64,000 nt of DNA from the NCBI GenBank assembly GCA_012517235.1, contig JAAYVI010000014.1:19266-83265 (forward strand), written 5' to 3'. The notes below the pieces were generated by a model. That model worked only from the letters and a program-made list of their open reading frames with translations, was not told the DNA's origin and ran no database searches. The position numbers and the translations under genes are program-made. Every line of letters starts with the position of its first letter. The stretch's first letter is position 1. Shown piece by piece: positions 21,231 through 32,798 of this stretch. This DNA comes from Elusimicrobiota bacterium (GTDB taxonomy: Bacteria; Elusimicrobiota; Elusimicrobia; Elusimicrobiales; UBA9959).

Positions 21231-21368
21231 CCGATTATTCGATCTCTAATCATCCGATCCTCTGATCATCTAATCTTCCAATCATCCAATCGTCTAATCT
21301 TTTTTTACAATACTTCCACGCATATATACATCCATACATCTCTTTTGCCGCGCGTCCGCGCGTCTATT
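21231..21368 (-). repeat. octamer-phased C-poor intergenic element, copy A (read on the minus strand)
   Basis: The minus-strand reading starts right after the marC stop: AAATAGA, then GACGCGCG GACGCGCG GCAAAAGA. A first block follows (GATGTA TGGATGTA TATATGCG TGGAAGTA TTGTAAAAAAA), then a second (TAGACGAT TGGATGAT TGGAAGAT TAGATGAT CAGAGGAT CGGATGAT TAGAGATC). The 75 nt at 21340->21266 match 43251-43325 at 65/75 positions without gaps (manual alignment). Confidence 0.8.
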
Positions 21369-21965
21369 TCATCCGACTATAAATTTTTTTATTCCGCCCA
21401 AAAGCATCTGAACCGAAATCGTTATAAGTATCATACCCATTAATTTTTCCAAAGCGGCCAAACCCCTGGGCCCGAGGAACTTTGCTATTTTTGAAGACAT
21501 CGCCAGTATGGCGACGTTTATAATCCAAGATATGAAAACTATCAGAAACCATGTCGGCAAATTACCGGGATCTTTCATATTAAAAATTAAAATCGTAGTC
21601 AAAACGGAAGGCCCCGCGACAAGAGGTATGGCAAGAGGAACTATAAAAGGCTCGTTTTCCGAATTTTCGCCTATGGAAGAATGCTGCGAAGGGAAAATCA
21701 TGGATAGAGCTATTAAAAAAAGAACTATTCCGCCGGCTACCGATAAAGAGGGTATGTCTATGGAAAGCAGCCTTACTATCCATTTGCCGAAAAAAAGGAA
21801 AAATATCATTATAAAAAGAGCTATAAAAAGTTCCCTCGTTATAACTTTTATCCTTCTGTTTTCTTCCACGTTTTTAAGAGCGGTTATAAAAAGAGGTATA
21901 TTTCCCAAAGGATCCATTACCAAAGTAAGAGTAAAAACAGCGGACGCTATTTCTATTATATCCAT
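21369..21965 (-). CDS. MarC/UPF0056-family membrane protein
   Basis: 198 aa with six helices and MarC-family blocks (DPLGNIPLFI, PLAIPLVAGPS, LMGMILITISVQML). Confidence 0.8.
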   Translation of the reverse strand: MDIIEIASAVFTLTLVMDPLGNIPLFITALKNVEENRRIKVITRELFIALFIMIFFLFFGKWIVRLLSIDIPSLSVAGGIVLFLIALSMIFPSQHSSIGENSENEPFIVPLAIPLVAGPSVLTTILIFNMKDPGNLPTWFLIVFISWIINVAILAMSSKIAKFLGPRGLAALEKLMGMILITISVQMLLGGIKKFIVG

Positions 21966-21972
21966 AAATATT

Positions 21973-22005
21973 AAAAAGGTCCGAGGGCTATTAATCCCCC
22001 GGACC
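21973..22005 (-). terminator. intrinsic terminator after gyrA
   Basis: Minus strand reads GGTCCGGGGG-ATTAATAG-CCCTCGGACC (10-bp stem with one G.U pair) followed by TTTTTAATATTT. It lies 15 nt downstream of the gyrA stop. Confidence 0.6.
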
Positions 22006-22019
22006 GAGTTATCTTTCTT

Positions 22020-24515
22020 TTACTTTTTTTCCTGAGAAGATTCGTTTTCCGGAGTTTCTTCTTCTTTTACTACCGGCTCAACGCTGGCTATTTTATCGCC
22101 TTCTTCCAATTTGACTATTCTTACGCCTTGAGTATTTCTGCTTATTACTCTGATGTCGGCGCAGGATATTCTTATGACTTTGCCTTTTTCCGTCATAACC
22201 ATAAGGTCGTTTTCGTCTTCTACCAAATAAACTCCGACTACGGAACCGTTTCTGTCGGTAGCTTTTATGGTTATCACGCCGCTTCCGCCTCTGTGTTGAT
22301 GACGATATTCGTCTAAGTCCGTTCTTTTGCCGTATCCGTTTTCGCAAACGGTAAGCAATGTTTTTTTGGTTTTTTGCTCGGCCGTTTCCATACCAACTAC
22401 CGCATCGTTTTTGCCGAGTCTTATTCCGCGCACGCCCATGGCATTTCTGCCCATATCTCTGACTTCGCTTTCGTTAAAGCGTATCGACATACCTTCTTTG
22501 GTGCCTATTATTACTTCGTATGTTCCGTCGGTATGAGCTACGCTTGTCAAAACGTCTCCGTCTTCCAGTCCTATGGCGTTTATTCCCGATTTTCTTATAT
22601 TCGCAAAATCGGAAATCGGGGTTTTCTTTATGTTTCCTTTTCTCGTGCACATCATAAGATAGGTTTCGTTTTTCTTCTTTTCTTCGAAAGATTCTATCGC
22701 TATGATGGAAGTTATTTTTTCGTCTTTTATGGGCAAGAGATTTACTATCGCTTTGCCTCTTGAGGTTCTATTGCCTTCCGGTATCTCATAACCTTTTATA
22801 GCATAGACTTTGCCGCGGGTAGTAAACATTAATATTGTGGCATGACTGGACGTAGAGAAAAGATGTTCGATAAAATCTTCCTCTTTAAGATCCGAGCCCA
22901 TAACACCCTTTCCGCCTCTTCCTTGAACCTTATAAGTATCGCGCGGGATTCTCTTTATATATCCGCTATGAGTTATGGTTATTACGACTTCTTCTTCCGG
23001 TATCAAATCTTCTATGTCAAGTTCCGTAGCTTCTCCGGCTATTTCCGTTTTTCTCTTATCGCCGTATTTTTCTTTAAGCTCTTTTAGTTCGTCGGAAATA
23101 ATCTTAAGTATCTTTTTAGGATCGGCCAAAATTTCTCTAAGCTCTTTTATAAGCTTCATTAAAGCCTTATGTTCTTCTTCTATTTGACCGGTTTCCAATT
23201 TTGTCAATTGATGCAATCTCATATCCAGTATGGCCTGAGCTTGTATTTCGCTTAAAGCGAATTGTTTCATCAATTTTTGCTTGGCTTCCTGAGCGTCTTT
23301 GGATTTCTTTATTATTTCCACTACCGCGTCTATATTCTGAAGAGCTATGAGATAACCTTCCAAAATATGCGCTCTGGCCAAAGCTTTATTTAAATCGTAT
23401 TTGGTTCTATTGTAAACTACGACTCTTCTATGTTTTACATACTGCTGGAGAACTTCTTTTATAGTCAAAACTCTCGGTTTTCCGTCGACTATGGCAAGCA
23501 TTATTACGCCGAAGGAAGTTTCCATTTGAGTATGTTTATAAAGCTGATTGAGAACCACCTGCGCGTTTCCGTCTCTTTTTATTTCTATCACTATTCTCAT
23601 CCCGCGCCTGTCGGATTCGTCTCTTATGTCGGAAATATCTGTTATTTTCTTTTCTTTTACCAAATTGGCTATCGTTTCTATCAAAGCGGCTTTATTAACT
23701 TGATAAGGGATCTCCGTAACTATTATCGCTTCTCTGTTTCCTTTTATTTCCTCTATTTCGGTTCTCGCCTGCATTTTAACCGAGCCGCGGCCGGTTTCAA
23801 AATAATCCTTTATCCCCTTTCTGCCTCTTATTATGCCGCCGGTAGGAAAATCCGGACCTTTGATAAACTTCATCAAATCCTTTATCTGTATTTCCGGATT
23901 TTCTATCAAAGATATTGCGGCATCGCATACTTCGGAAAGATTATGAGTGGGAATATTGGTGGCCATACCTACTGCTATTCCGGAAGATCCGTTTATAAGC
24001 AAATTAGGCAATTTGGCTGGTAAAACGGAAGGTTCGCTTAAAGATCCGTCGTAGTTTGGTACGAATTTTACCGTATCTTTGTCTATATCGCCCAAAATTT
24101 CTTCCGAAATTCCGGCCAATCTCGCTTCCGTATAACGCATAGCCGCCGGCGGATCTCCGTCGACCGAACCGAAATTTCCCTGCCCGTCGACAAGAGTATA
24201 TCTTAAAGAAAACTCCTGCGCCATTCTGACCAAAGTATCGTAAATGGCCGCGTCGCCGTGCGGATGATATTTACCCATCACGTCTCCGACTATACGGGCG
24301 GATTTTTTAAAGGGCTTATTATGCCTTAAGCCCATATCGTACATCGTGTATAAAACTCTTCTATGAACGGGTTTTAAGCCGTCTCGAACGTCGGGTAAAG
24401 CTCTTCCGACTATTACGCTCATCGAATAATCTATATAAGAGGATTTCATTTCCTCCGAAATATCTCTTTCCATTACATTTGAATTAAAAACTTCTTCTTT
24501 TTTTTCTTCGCTCAT
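22020..24515 (-). CDS. gyrA: DNA gyrase subunit A
   Basis: 831 aa with DGLKPVHRR, the catalytic Tyr context AAMRYTE, the QRDR-like block [10 protein letters not shown] and C-terminal beta-pinwheel repeats. Confidence 0.97.
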   Translation of the reverse strand: MSEEKKEEVFNSNVMERDISEEMKSSYIDYSMSVIVGRALPDVRDGLKPVHRRVLYTMYDMGLRHNKPFKKSARIVGDVMGKYHPHGDAAIYDTLVRMAQEFSLRYTLVDGQGNFGSVDGDPPAAMRYTEARLAGISEEILGDIDKDTVKFVPNYDGSLSEPSVLPAKLPNLLINGSSGIAVGMATNIPTHNLSEVCDAAISLIENPEIQIKDLMKFIKGPDFPTGGIIRGRKGIKDYFETGRGSVKMQARTEIEEIKGNREAIIVTEIPYQVNKAALIETIANLVKEKKITDISDIRDESDRRGMRIVIEIKRDGNAQVVLNQLYKHTQMETSFGVIMLAIVDGKPRVLTIKEVLQQYVKHRRVVVYNRTKYDLNKALARAHILEGYLIALQNIDAVVEIIKKSKDAQEAKQKLMKQFALSEIQAQAILDMRLHQLTKLETGQIEEEHKALMKLIKELREILADPKKILKIISDELKELKEKYGDKRKTEIAGEATELDIEDLIPEEEVVITITHSGYIKRIPRDTYKVQGRGGKGVMGSDLKEEDFIEHLFSTSSHATILMFTTRGKVYAIKGYEIPEGNRTSRGKAIVNLLPIKDEKITSIIAIESFEEKKKNETYLMMCTRKGNIKKTPISDFANIRKSGINAIGLEDGDVLTSVAHTDGTYEVIIGTKEGMSIRFNESEVRDMGRNAMGVRGIRLGKNDAVVGMETAEQKTKKTLLTVCENGYGKRTDLDEYRHQHRGGSGVITIKATDRNGSVVGVYLVEDENDLMVMTEKGKVIRISCADIRVISRNTQGVRIVKLEEGDKIASVEPVVKEEETPENESSQEKK

Positions 24516-24565
24516 AAAAACTCCTTTTTAAATTTAACGCGGCCGATAAAAATCCGTTCTATAAA

Positions 24566-27336
<2,771 letters not shown>

Positions 27337-27337
27337 T

Positions 27338-28447
27338 TTATTGTCTTAAAGGCATTACCACATAAGTTAATTCCGAATTATCCGAATCTTTTACCAAAGA
27401 AGGTTTTCCCGGATCGGAAAAAGAAAAAACAGCTTTTTTTCCGGAAAGATTTTTTAATATATCCAATATAAATTTGGGATTATAATTTACCTGGAAATCT
27501 TCGCCGCTATAATCTATTTCGAACTCGTCTTCAAAATCCATACTTTGAGACGAAGAGCTTATTATAACCATTCCTTTCTTAAAAGTATACTTAACCGAAG
27601 CGTTTCTCTCGTTCGAACAAACGGCGGCTCTTTTTGTAGCCGATAAAAGCTTTTGAGAATCTATTTCTACTCCGACTTTAAAATCTTTCGGTATTATTCT
27701 TTCGTAATCGGGAAAATTGCCTTCTATGAATTTTGATATAAATACCGTTTTTCCGAAAATAAAACCCGCCTGATTTGCGGAAAGGTCTATTTTAACCGTT
27801 TCTTTTTTATCTTTTGCGTTTGTTTTAAGAAATTTTGCCAGTTCGTTCATTATTTTGGCGGGAATTATAACTCTGAAATCCTTCTTTGCCCCTATTTTAT
27901 TTTTTCTATAAAGAGCCAGTCTTCTGCCGTCCGTGGCGACTATGCTTAAAACATCTTTATTTTTCTCCCATAAAAGACCGTTTAAAAACTGCCTTTCTTC
28001 TTCGTTTGAAACCGAAAAAACCGTTTTTTCTATCATTTCGGCTAATTCATGAGCGTTAAGTTCAAAACAATCTTTATCGTTTATTTCCGGTATTAGAGGA
28101 TAGTCTGTTTTCGGCATACCGGCTATCTTAACTTTTGCTTTTCCGCTGTTTACGATAACCTTGGCATTCTCGTCGGCAAATATGGAAACGGTATCGTCGT
28201 CAAAATTCTGAACTATTTCGTTAAATTTCTTCATAGGCAAAGTAACCGAACCGGGAGTTTTGACGTCGGTATTTATAAAATGTTTTATAGCTATCTCCAA
28301 ATCAGTGGAGATTATCTTTACTCCGTCTTTTTCCGTTTCTATTAAAAAGTTTTGTAAAGCCGGCATAGTTCCGGTTCTGGATGTAACGGCTGCTTGAATG
28401 ACTTGAATCCCTTTTAACAAACTTTCTTTTTCGGAAACTATTTTCAT
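27338..28447 (-). CDS. dnaN: DNA polymerase III beta sliding clamp
   Basis: 369 aa with three-domain length, an N-terminus MKIVSEKESLLKGIQVIQAAV and a C-terminal MPLRQ-type tail, in the syntenic position after dnaA. Confidence 0.93.
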   Translation of the reverse strand: MKIVSEKESLLKGIQVIQAAVTSRTGTMPALQNFLIETEKDGVKIISTDLEIAIKHFINTDVKTPGSVTLPMKKFNEIVQNFDDDTVSIFADENAKVIVNSGKAKVKIAGMPKTDYPLIPEINDKDCFELNAHELAEMIEKTVFSVSNEEERQFLNGLLWEKNKDVLSIVATDGRRLALYRKNKIGAKKDFRVIIPAKIMNELAKFLKTNAKDKKETVKIDLSANQAGFIFGKTVFISKFIEGNFPDYERIIPKDFKVGVEIDSQKLLSATKRAAVCSNERNASVKYTFKKGMVIISSSSQSMDFEDEFEIDYSGEDFQVNYNPKFILDILKNLSGKKAVFSFSDPGKPSLVKDSDNSELTYVVMPLRQ

Positions 28448-28583
28448 AATATTCTCCTTCTAATAAGATAGCGCTGTCGATAATGTTTTTAATGTTAGTA
28501 GCCGAATATATTTTTTATAAACATTTTATCGACTTTATTCACTTTATTAACAAAAAAAACTTTAATAAACACAAATTCACAAA
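28448..28583. promoter_or_regulatory. dnaA-dnaN intergenic AT-rich region with degenerate DnaA boxes (oriC candidate, part 1)
   Basis: TGTCGATAA at 28475-28483 has 1 mismatch to TGTGGATAA. Three head-to-tail 9-mers at 28526-28552 (TTATCGACT TTATTCACT TTATTAACA) each have 2 mismatches to TTATCCACA. The rest of the region is A/T runs. Confidence 0.5.
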
Positions 28584-29945
28584 TCAACCCTTTATTTTGT
28601 TGATAATATCGTTTATACTTTTATTGAAAAAAGGGTCCGTTTGTATCATTTGTAAAACCTTATCTCTGGCAAAAATAACGGTAGCATGATTTTTACCGAA
28701 AGCTTCTCCTATTTCAGGAAGAGATTTATCCGTTAATGTACAAGCCAAATACATCGCAACTTGTCTTGGGAGAGAAATCCTTTCCGCTCTTGTTTTAAGA
28801 TTTATATCGGAAGGGTTTAAATTAAAAGCTTTTGCTACCTCTTCTTTTATTTTATCTATGGAAACATAAATCGAAGAATTATCTCCGGCCGGAATATAGT
28901 CTTTTACGAGATTTTCTACGATATCTATCGACGGATATATATTATTATTTATGCAAAAATGAGCGACATTTGTCACGCAGCCTTTTAAGCTTCTTATGCT
29001 GTCTGTAACTTTTTCCGCTATAAAATTTATCACATCGGAAGGTAAATGAAAATTATTTTTTTCATTTTCTTTGTTTAATATTGCCACTCTTAATTCGTAT
29101 TCCGGTCTTTTTATGTCGGCTATCGCTCCGGTTTTAAATCTTGTTATAAGTCTTTCGTTTAACTCCAAATCATTGGGCGCTTTATCGGAACTTACAACGA
29201 TTTGTTTTTTATATTCGAAAAGACTGTTAAAAGTGTGAAAAAACTCTTCTTCGCTTCTTTCTTTTTTTACTATAAATTGAACGTCGTCTAAAAGAAGACA
29301 GTCTAAAGTTCTGTATTTTGTTCTAAAAGAATCGAATTTGCCTTCCTTTATGACTTGTATAAATTCGTCTACGAAGCTGTCGGCCGATACGTAGAGTATC
29401 TTGGCATTTGCCTTTTTTTTAAGTATTTCGTTTCCTATTGCGTGAAGTATGTGTGTTTTTCCCATTCCCGAAGGAGCGTATACGAAATAAGGGTTTGAAC
29501 TTCCGCCCGGATTTTCCGCCACTTTTTTTGCCATTATAATTGCAAATCTATTGCTTTCTCCCTCGAGAATTTCGTCGAAAGTATAAGAAGGAGAAAGTCC
29601 TGTTTCCGAATAATTTTGTTTTTTTTCCGGAGCCTGGAAAACGGAAAAATTTATTTCTTTTTTAGCTTCGGGTTTTATGGAAATATTAAATTCTATTTTT
29701 ATTTCTCTTCCTAAAATTTCGCTTAAAGAAGAAATAATGGCCGAATCTAAAGAATTTTTCTTTAAATTATCGTAAATTAAAGAATTTGATATTTCGAGTT
29801 TTAAAGTATCGTTTTCAAATAATAAAGGATTTATAGATCTTACCCATAAATCCGTAAGATCTTTACCGGCTTTTGATTCCACTTTATCTAAAGTTAAGTT
29901 CCAAATTTCTTTTAATTGCTGATTGTTTTCCACAATTTTATCCAC
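28584..29945 (-). CDS. dnaA: chromosomal replication initiator DnaA
   Basis: 453 aa with a GTG start. It has the AAA+ Walker A GMGKTHILHAIGNE, Walker B LLLDDVQF, sensor blocks and the C-terminal DNA-binding helix (RQVAMYL, FGKNHATV). Confidence 0.95.
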   Translation of the reverse strand: MDKIVENNQQLKEIWNLTLDKVESKAGKDLTDLWVRSINPLLFENDTLKLEISNSLIYDNLKKNSLDSAIISSLSEILGREIKIEFNISIKPEAKKEINFSVFQAPEKKQNYSETGLSPSYTFDEILEGESNRFAIIMAKKVAENPGGSSNPYFVYAPSGMGKTHILHAIGNEILKKKANAKILYVSADSFVDEFIQVIKEGKFDSFRTKYRTLDCLLLDDVQFIVKKERSEEEFFHTFNSLFEYKKQIVVSSDKAPNDLELNERLITRFKTGAIADIKRPEYELRVAILNKENEKNNFHLPSDVINFIAEKVTDSIRSLKGCVTNVAHFCINNNIYPSIDIVENLVKDYIPAGDNSSIYVSIDKIKEEVAKAFNLNPSDINLKTRAERISLPRQVAMYLACTLTDKSLPEIGEAFGKNHATVIFARDKVLQMIQTDPFFNKSINDIINKIKG

Positions 29946-29946
29946 A
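29926..29946 (+). promoter_or_regulatory. two tandem DnaA boxes overlapping the dnaA start codon
   Basis: TTTTCCACA (29926-29934, 1 mismatch) and TTATCCACA (29938-29946, perfect consensus). The GTG start of dnaA (29945-29943, minus) lies inside the perfect box. Confidence 0.7.
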
Positions 29947-30110
29947 ACTGTTAATTTTAACGGTTATTTATCAAAAAATGTTTAAAAAATAATCATTTTT
30001 TATGTTAATAACTTTAACAAAACTCGCACTTTTATCTCCGTATATTATATAAATAACAATAGCGTAAGTCAATCAGAAATTGAAAAAACATGTTTAATTT
30101 TTAATTATTT
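29947..30110. promoter_or_regulatory. AT-rich region upstream of dnaA (dnaA promoter and candidate DNA-unwinding element)
   Basis: 164-bp non-coding stretch, very AT-rich (e.g. TTAATTTTAA, TATATTATATAAATAA). Apart from the pair at its edge it holds only weak box-like sites. Confidence 0.4.
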
Positions 30111-30869
30111 TCAAGATTTTTCGGCCAAAACTATAAGCCTGTTTTTATCGACACTTAATTTTTTCCCCTCAAAATTGCCGTAAAAAGATAGAATTTTAAA
30201 TCCGGCTTTATTAAGAATTTCTGAAATATCTCTTTTTCCGTATAGTCTTACAAAAAATTTTCCGCTTGAAATTTTTCCGTTTTTTATTTTTGTCCATTCG
30301 TTTAGCGATGTTTTTTTGTCTTTAGAGAGAACGGTTTTTTCCAAAAGAAAATAATCTTTTCCGATTTTTTCCCAGTGTTTATGTCTGTAATTCTTCCTTA
30401 TAAAATCTCCGTTTATAACATCCAAAAAAAGTTTTCCGCCTTTTTTTAGAGCTTTATGCAAATTTTTCAAGGTCTTTAAATCGTCTGTTTTTTTTATGAA
30501 ATATCCGAAAGAAGTAAAAAGGTTTACGGCCAAATCGAATCTCTCTTTAAAATTTATTTCCCGCATGTCTTTTTTTATTAAGAGCATAGATAATTTTTTT
30601 GCTTTTGCTTTATTTTCGGCTTCCCGCAGATATTCTTTTGAAAAGTCTACTCCGGTTGTTTTAAATCCTTTTTCGGCAAAAACGAGCGAATGTCTTCCCG
30701 GTCCGCAGCAAAGATCCAAAACCGCCGCTCCTTTTTTTATTTTGCTTTTTTTTAATATGAAATTTACTTCTTTTTCCGCTCTTTTTACGGCTTCGGGAGA
30801 AGCGGGATTATAAAAAGAATTTTTGAAAAAAAATTTATGCCAATCTTTTTTTATCGACAATTTTTCCAT
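30111..30869 (-). CDS. class I SAM-dependent methyltransferase
   Basis: 252 aa with motif I VLDLCCGPGRHS and post-I GVDFS. Confidence 0.75.
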   Translation of the reverse strand: MEKLSIKKDWHKFFFKNSFYNPASPEAVKRAEKEVNFILKKSKIKKGAAVLDLCCGPGRHSLVFAEKGFKTTGVDFSKEYLREAENKAKAKKLSMLLIKKDMREINFKERFDLAVNLFTSFGYFIKKTDDLKTLKNLHKALKKGGKLFLDVINGDFIRKNYRHKHWEKIGKDYFLLEKTVLSKDKKTSLNEWTKIKNGKISSGKFFVRLYGKRDISEILNKAGFKILSFYGNFEGKKLSVDKNRLIVLAEKS

Positions 30870-30884
30870 TTGAATTTCGGCGAT

Positions 30885-31343
30885 CTATTTTACCAAATCG
30901 GAGTATATTCCCGGTTCCGAATCTTCTATTGTTTTTGCTCCGCAGTTTTTTTTAAAAAAATCGGTAGGCCCGGCCCATCCTATTATCGCATAGGCGTAAC
31001 CGTCGGATCTCATCTGGTTTAAGGCCGCCAAAAGAAGAGCTTTTCCTATTCCGCTTTTTCTTTCGCTTACGCTTACGCCTATCGGTCCGAAGAATCCTTT
31101 TGCGGTGGCGTCATAACAGGCAAATCCTTCTATTTTTCCGTTTTTTACGGCTATAAAGCAAGACGAAGGAACTCTGGAAAAAGCGGCCTCGCATTCTCCC
31201 GCCCAAGCTTTGGAGAAATTTTGTCTTACCCAATCGCAAACCGGTATTTTTTCCGGAGCTATCGCTCTTTTAATTTTTATTCCGTTAATTTCTTTTTCTT
31301 GATAAATAGGCAAATCGTATAATTTTACCAGCATATCGGCCAT
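30885..31343 (-). CDS. GNAT-family N-acetyltransferase
   Basis: 152 aa with the acetyl-CoA loop VSERKSGIGKALLLAAL (R/Q-x-x-G-x-G/A). Confidence 0.75.
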   Translation of the reverse strand: MADMLVKLYDLPIYQEKEINGIKIKRAIAPEKIPVCDWVRQNFSKAWAGECEAAFSRVPSSCFIAVKNGKIEGFACYDATAKGFFGPIGVSVSERKSGIGKALLLAALNQMRSDGYAYAIIGWAGPTDFFKKNCGAKTIEDSEPGIYSDLVK

Positions 31344-31345
31344 AA

Positions 31346-31828
31346 TTACCTCGTTTTAATTTTTTGGTTTTCCACCGGAAGATTCATTTCTAAATCGGAA
31401 GAGTTTTCTTGGTTTTTCGCGGTAGATTTTTTTGTTTTTTTGACCGGCTGTTCCGAAATAGGGTTTCCTTCTTCGTCGAATTTATATGATTTAAAAGGAG
31501 TATTGTTTACGGAATTTTTATAGTCTTTTTTTAAAGTTTTTGCTTTTTTATTTTTCTTTGTTTTTGCCGATTTTGTATCCAGCGGATCGGCGGTTTCGTC
31601 GAATTTATAAGAAGAATCCGTTTCGTTTTTAAAAATATATTTGTCTTTTTTCGAGGGTTTTTTCGGCAATTCTTTTTTTGCCGGTTTGACTTCTTTCTTT
31701 GTTTCTTTTTTGGAGACTTCGTTTTTTATTTCTTCTTTTTTAGTTTGTGTTTCTTTTTTTTCCGCTTGAGAAAAAACATTGAGCGATAAAGACATGATAA
31801 AGATACCGGCGATATTAATCAATCTCAT
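31346..31828 (-). CDS. secreted lysine-rich low-complexity protein
   Basis: 160 aa with a signal peptide, K/E/T-rich composition and two copies of S-Y-K-F-D-E-x-x-x-P (SYKFDETADPL, SYKFDEEGNPI). Confidence 0.5.
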   Translation of the reverse strand: MRLINIAGIFIMSLSLNVFSQAEKKETQTKKEEIKNEVSKKETKKEVKPAKKELPKKPSKKDKYIFKNETDSSYKFDETADPLDTKSAKTKKNKKAKTLKKDYKNSVNNTPFKSYKFDEEGNPISEQPVKKTKKSTAKNQENSSDLEMNLPVENQKIKTR

Positions 31829-32697
31829 TTTCCCTCCTTTTGGGCGGCCGTAACGGAAGATTTAAGCAAAAGAGCCAAAGTTACCGGTCCGACTCCTCCC
31901 GGTACCGGAGACGCCGCGGCCGCTGTTTGTTTTATTTCTTCAAAATCCGCATCGCCGCACATTTTTCCGTTTTCGTCAAAATTTGTTCCTATGTCTATTA
32001 CGACCTGATTTTCTCCTATCATATCTTTTTTAAGCCATTTGGCTTTGCCTATGGCCAGAAAAATATAATCGGCATTTTTAAGATAATAACGCAAATCGGA
32101 AGTTTTTGAGTGACAAAGCGTTACCGTTGCGTCGAGAGAGGTAAGCATATGAGCCAGAGGGCGTCCTACTACGGCGGAACGTCCGACGACTACCGCTTTT
32201 TTTCCGGAAAAAGAAAAACCGTGATATTGCGCCAGCTTTATTGCCGCCAAAGCCGTACAAGGAGAAAAAAAACTTCCTTTTTCTATCTCCGCATATGTTT
32301 TGCTTAAATAGAGTTTCGCGTTATTATCGGCCGAAAGGCAATCGGGATCCTTATCGGAAGGCATATTTTTCCAAAACTCCCAATCGTCAAAACCGGGCGG
32401 CAAAGGTCTTTCTACCATAATTGCGTCCGTCAAAGAGTCGCCGGCCAAATTTTTTAAAATTTTTAAAAATTCTTTTTTTCCGCCCGATTCCGGCGGTTTT
32501 ATTTCGACGGCGTCTATGCCTATTTCTGCGGCTTTTTTTATTTTTAAATTCATATATACCGAAGACGCCGAATTGTCGTAGTAATTTATTATTTTTAAAG
32601 AAGGTTTTCTCGATTTTATTTCTTCAAATTTTTTCGCCGCCGATTTGGTTTCGGCTAAAACGGAAGCGGAAAGAGTTTTTCCTTCGAGTATTTTCAT
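31825..32697 (-). CDS. folD: bifunctional methylenetetrahydrofolate dehydrogenase/cyclohydrolase
   Basis: I chose the ATG at 32697 (MKILEGKTLSA..., canonical FolD N-terminus); the track start at 32757 is a TTG. Blocks present: VVGRSAVVGRPLAHML and PVPGGVGPVT. Confidence 0.9.
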   Translation of the reverse strand: MKILEGKTLSASVLAETKSAAKKFEEIKSRKPSLKIINYYDNSASSVYMNLKIKKAAEIGIDAVEIKPPESGGKKEFLKILKNLAGDSLTDAIMVERPLPPGFDDWEFWKNMPSDKDPDCLSADNNAKLYLSKTYAEIEKGSFFSPCTALAAIKLAQYHGFSFSGKKAVVVGRSAVVGRPLAHMLTSLDATVTLCHSKTSDLRYYLKNADYIFLAIGKAKWLKKDMIGENQVVIDIGTNFDENGKMCGDADFEEIKQTAAAASPVPGGVGPVTLALLLKSSVTAAQKEGK

Positions 32698-32798
32698 TAT
32701 AAAAATTTTATCATAATTTGCCCCGTTTATTTGTCGTCTAATACTTTTGAGTCTCAACCGTCCGATTTGCTTACATATTTATATGGTAAAATATAAAA

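Noticed and set aside
21228-21443. 71-aa + strand ORF (MPIIRSLIIRSSDHLIFQSS...)
   Set aside because: Its periodic peptide is simply the translation of the complement of the octamer repeat. It runs antisense into marC and has no RBS.
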